DNA of 64,000 nucleotides from the NCBI GenBank assembly GCA_040285855.1, contig JAUFOQ010000016.1:3472001-3536000 (forward strand), given 5' to 3'. How positions within the stretch are numbered: position 1 is the stretch's first letter; the number at the start of each line of letters is the position of its first letter. Below, one piece after another: positions 63,370 through 64,000 of this stretch. Source of the stretch: Eukaryota sp. GEM-RC1. Taxonomy: Eukaryota. Made by a program: the position numbers and the translations under genes. The notes beneath the pieces are model-generated. The model worked only from the letters and a program-made list of their open reading frames with translations. It made no database searches and was not told the origin of the DNA.

Positions 63370-64000
63370 TGAGAGAGATGTTTATTCGGCACCCAAAAGG
63401 CAACCTTCCTACAAACTATGAAATTTTTTTTAGAAACTTCTCCTTTTATAGAACAAAAACACTAAAATAAACACAAATACTAGAACTCAATATCATTAAA
63501 GCAACAATCATTGCCATTAAAACTCACATCAGCTTTTTCTTCATAAAAAACACTGAGAGCTAATAGAGCTTTTGAAATCATGATAGGAATTGTTTTAAAT
63601 ATTGTAAAAACAATACGATTCAACCAAAATTTGAAATCAAATTTCTTGTTCATTCTTTTTAACCACTTTCTCAAAATCGGAGAGAAAACAAAGAGCATCT
63701 CCACCAAGTCGGCCATAAATTGAAATTGCAAAAGGACATAATTTGTACTCAACATGTCTAATATGTTTGAGAGCAGTCAGTGGTTCATCATATTTGTTTC
63801 TCTTGTATTGTTCTGAAGAATTCAGTGGAGAAACTTCATTTTTAGCATCCTTGAAAGCACTTTTTTGCAAACATCCACAGTAATCACATCAACAACGGTT
63901 AGTTCATCGTTGACTGATGGAACTATGACATCAGCTCTTCTTTTACCAAAAGTCTTATCAGAATCACTATTTTTTGAATTATTGATTTCCAGTGATCTCA
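63370..64000 (-). mobile_element. Family B 3' tip plus a family C 3' part running off the window
   Basis: B 3' UTR at 63370-63425; C matches 9805-10350. Confidence 0.85.

Noticed and set aside
1..64000. Alternative genetic code as the cause of broken ORFs
   Set aside because: Breaks in host genes are frameshifts or introns, not in-frame stops; TAA, TAG and TGA all terminate ORFs

Overview
AT-rich eukaryotic DNA in the standard genetic code, probably from a flagellated protist (inference: 26-34 nt GT-AG introns, a ciliary NWE-motif protein, very compact gene islands). About 14 host genes are present: a C2H2 zinc-finger protein, an OFA-type MFS transporter, an NWE-motif protein, a PTB-like RRM protein, a CxFxP-repeat protein, an SLC35E-like transporter, a USP, ALG6, a zinc-knuckle protein, a duplicated-domain membrane protein, an RCC1-repeat protein, VPS35, SmG and a papain-family protease. 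They sit between dense nests of transposons. The nests hold at least 7 divergent families of CRE-like non-LTR retrotransposons with a restriction-like endonuclease (my labels A1, A2, B-F, H), mostly 5'-truncated and often inserted into each other with 10-16 bp TSDs. There are also many hAT elements (8-bp TSD) and TA-targeting MITEs, including a 63-bp hAT, a triple nest, and a 7.4-kb hAT shell filled with retroelements. One Ty3/gypsy element has only 66-bp LTRs, no canonical tRNA PBS, and its first ATG inside the LTR. Many host ORFs are broken by 1-nt shortfalls in homopolymers, most likely long-read assembly errors, so the intactness of any ORF here is uncertain. All comparisons were made by eye, and retroelement fragment boundaries are approximate.
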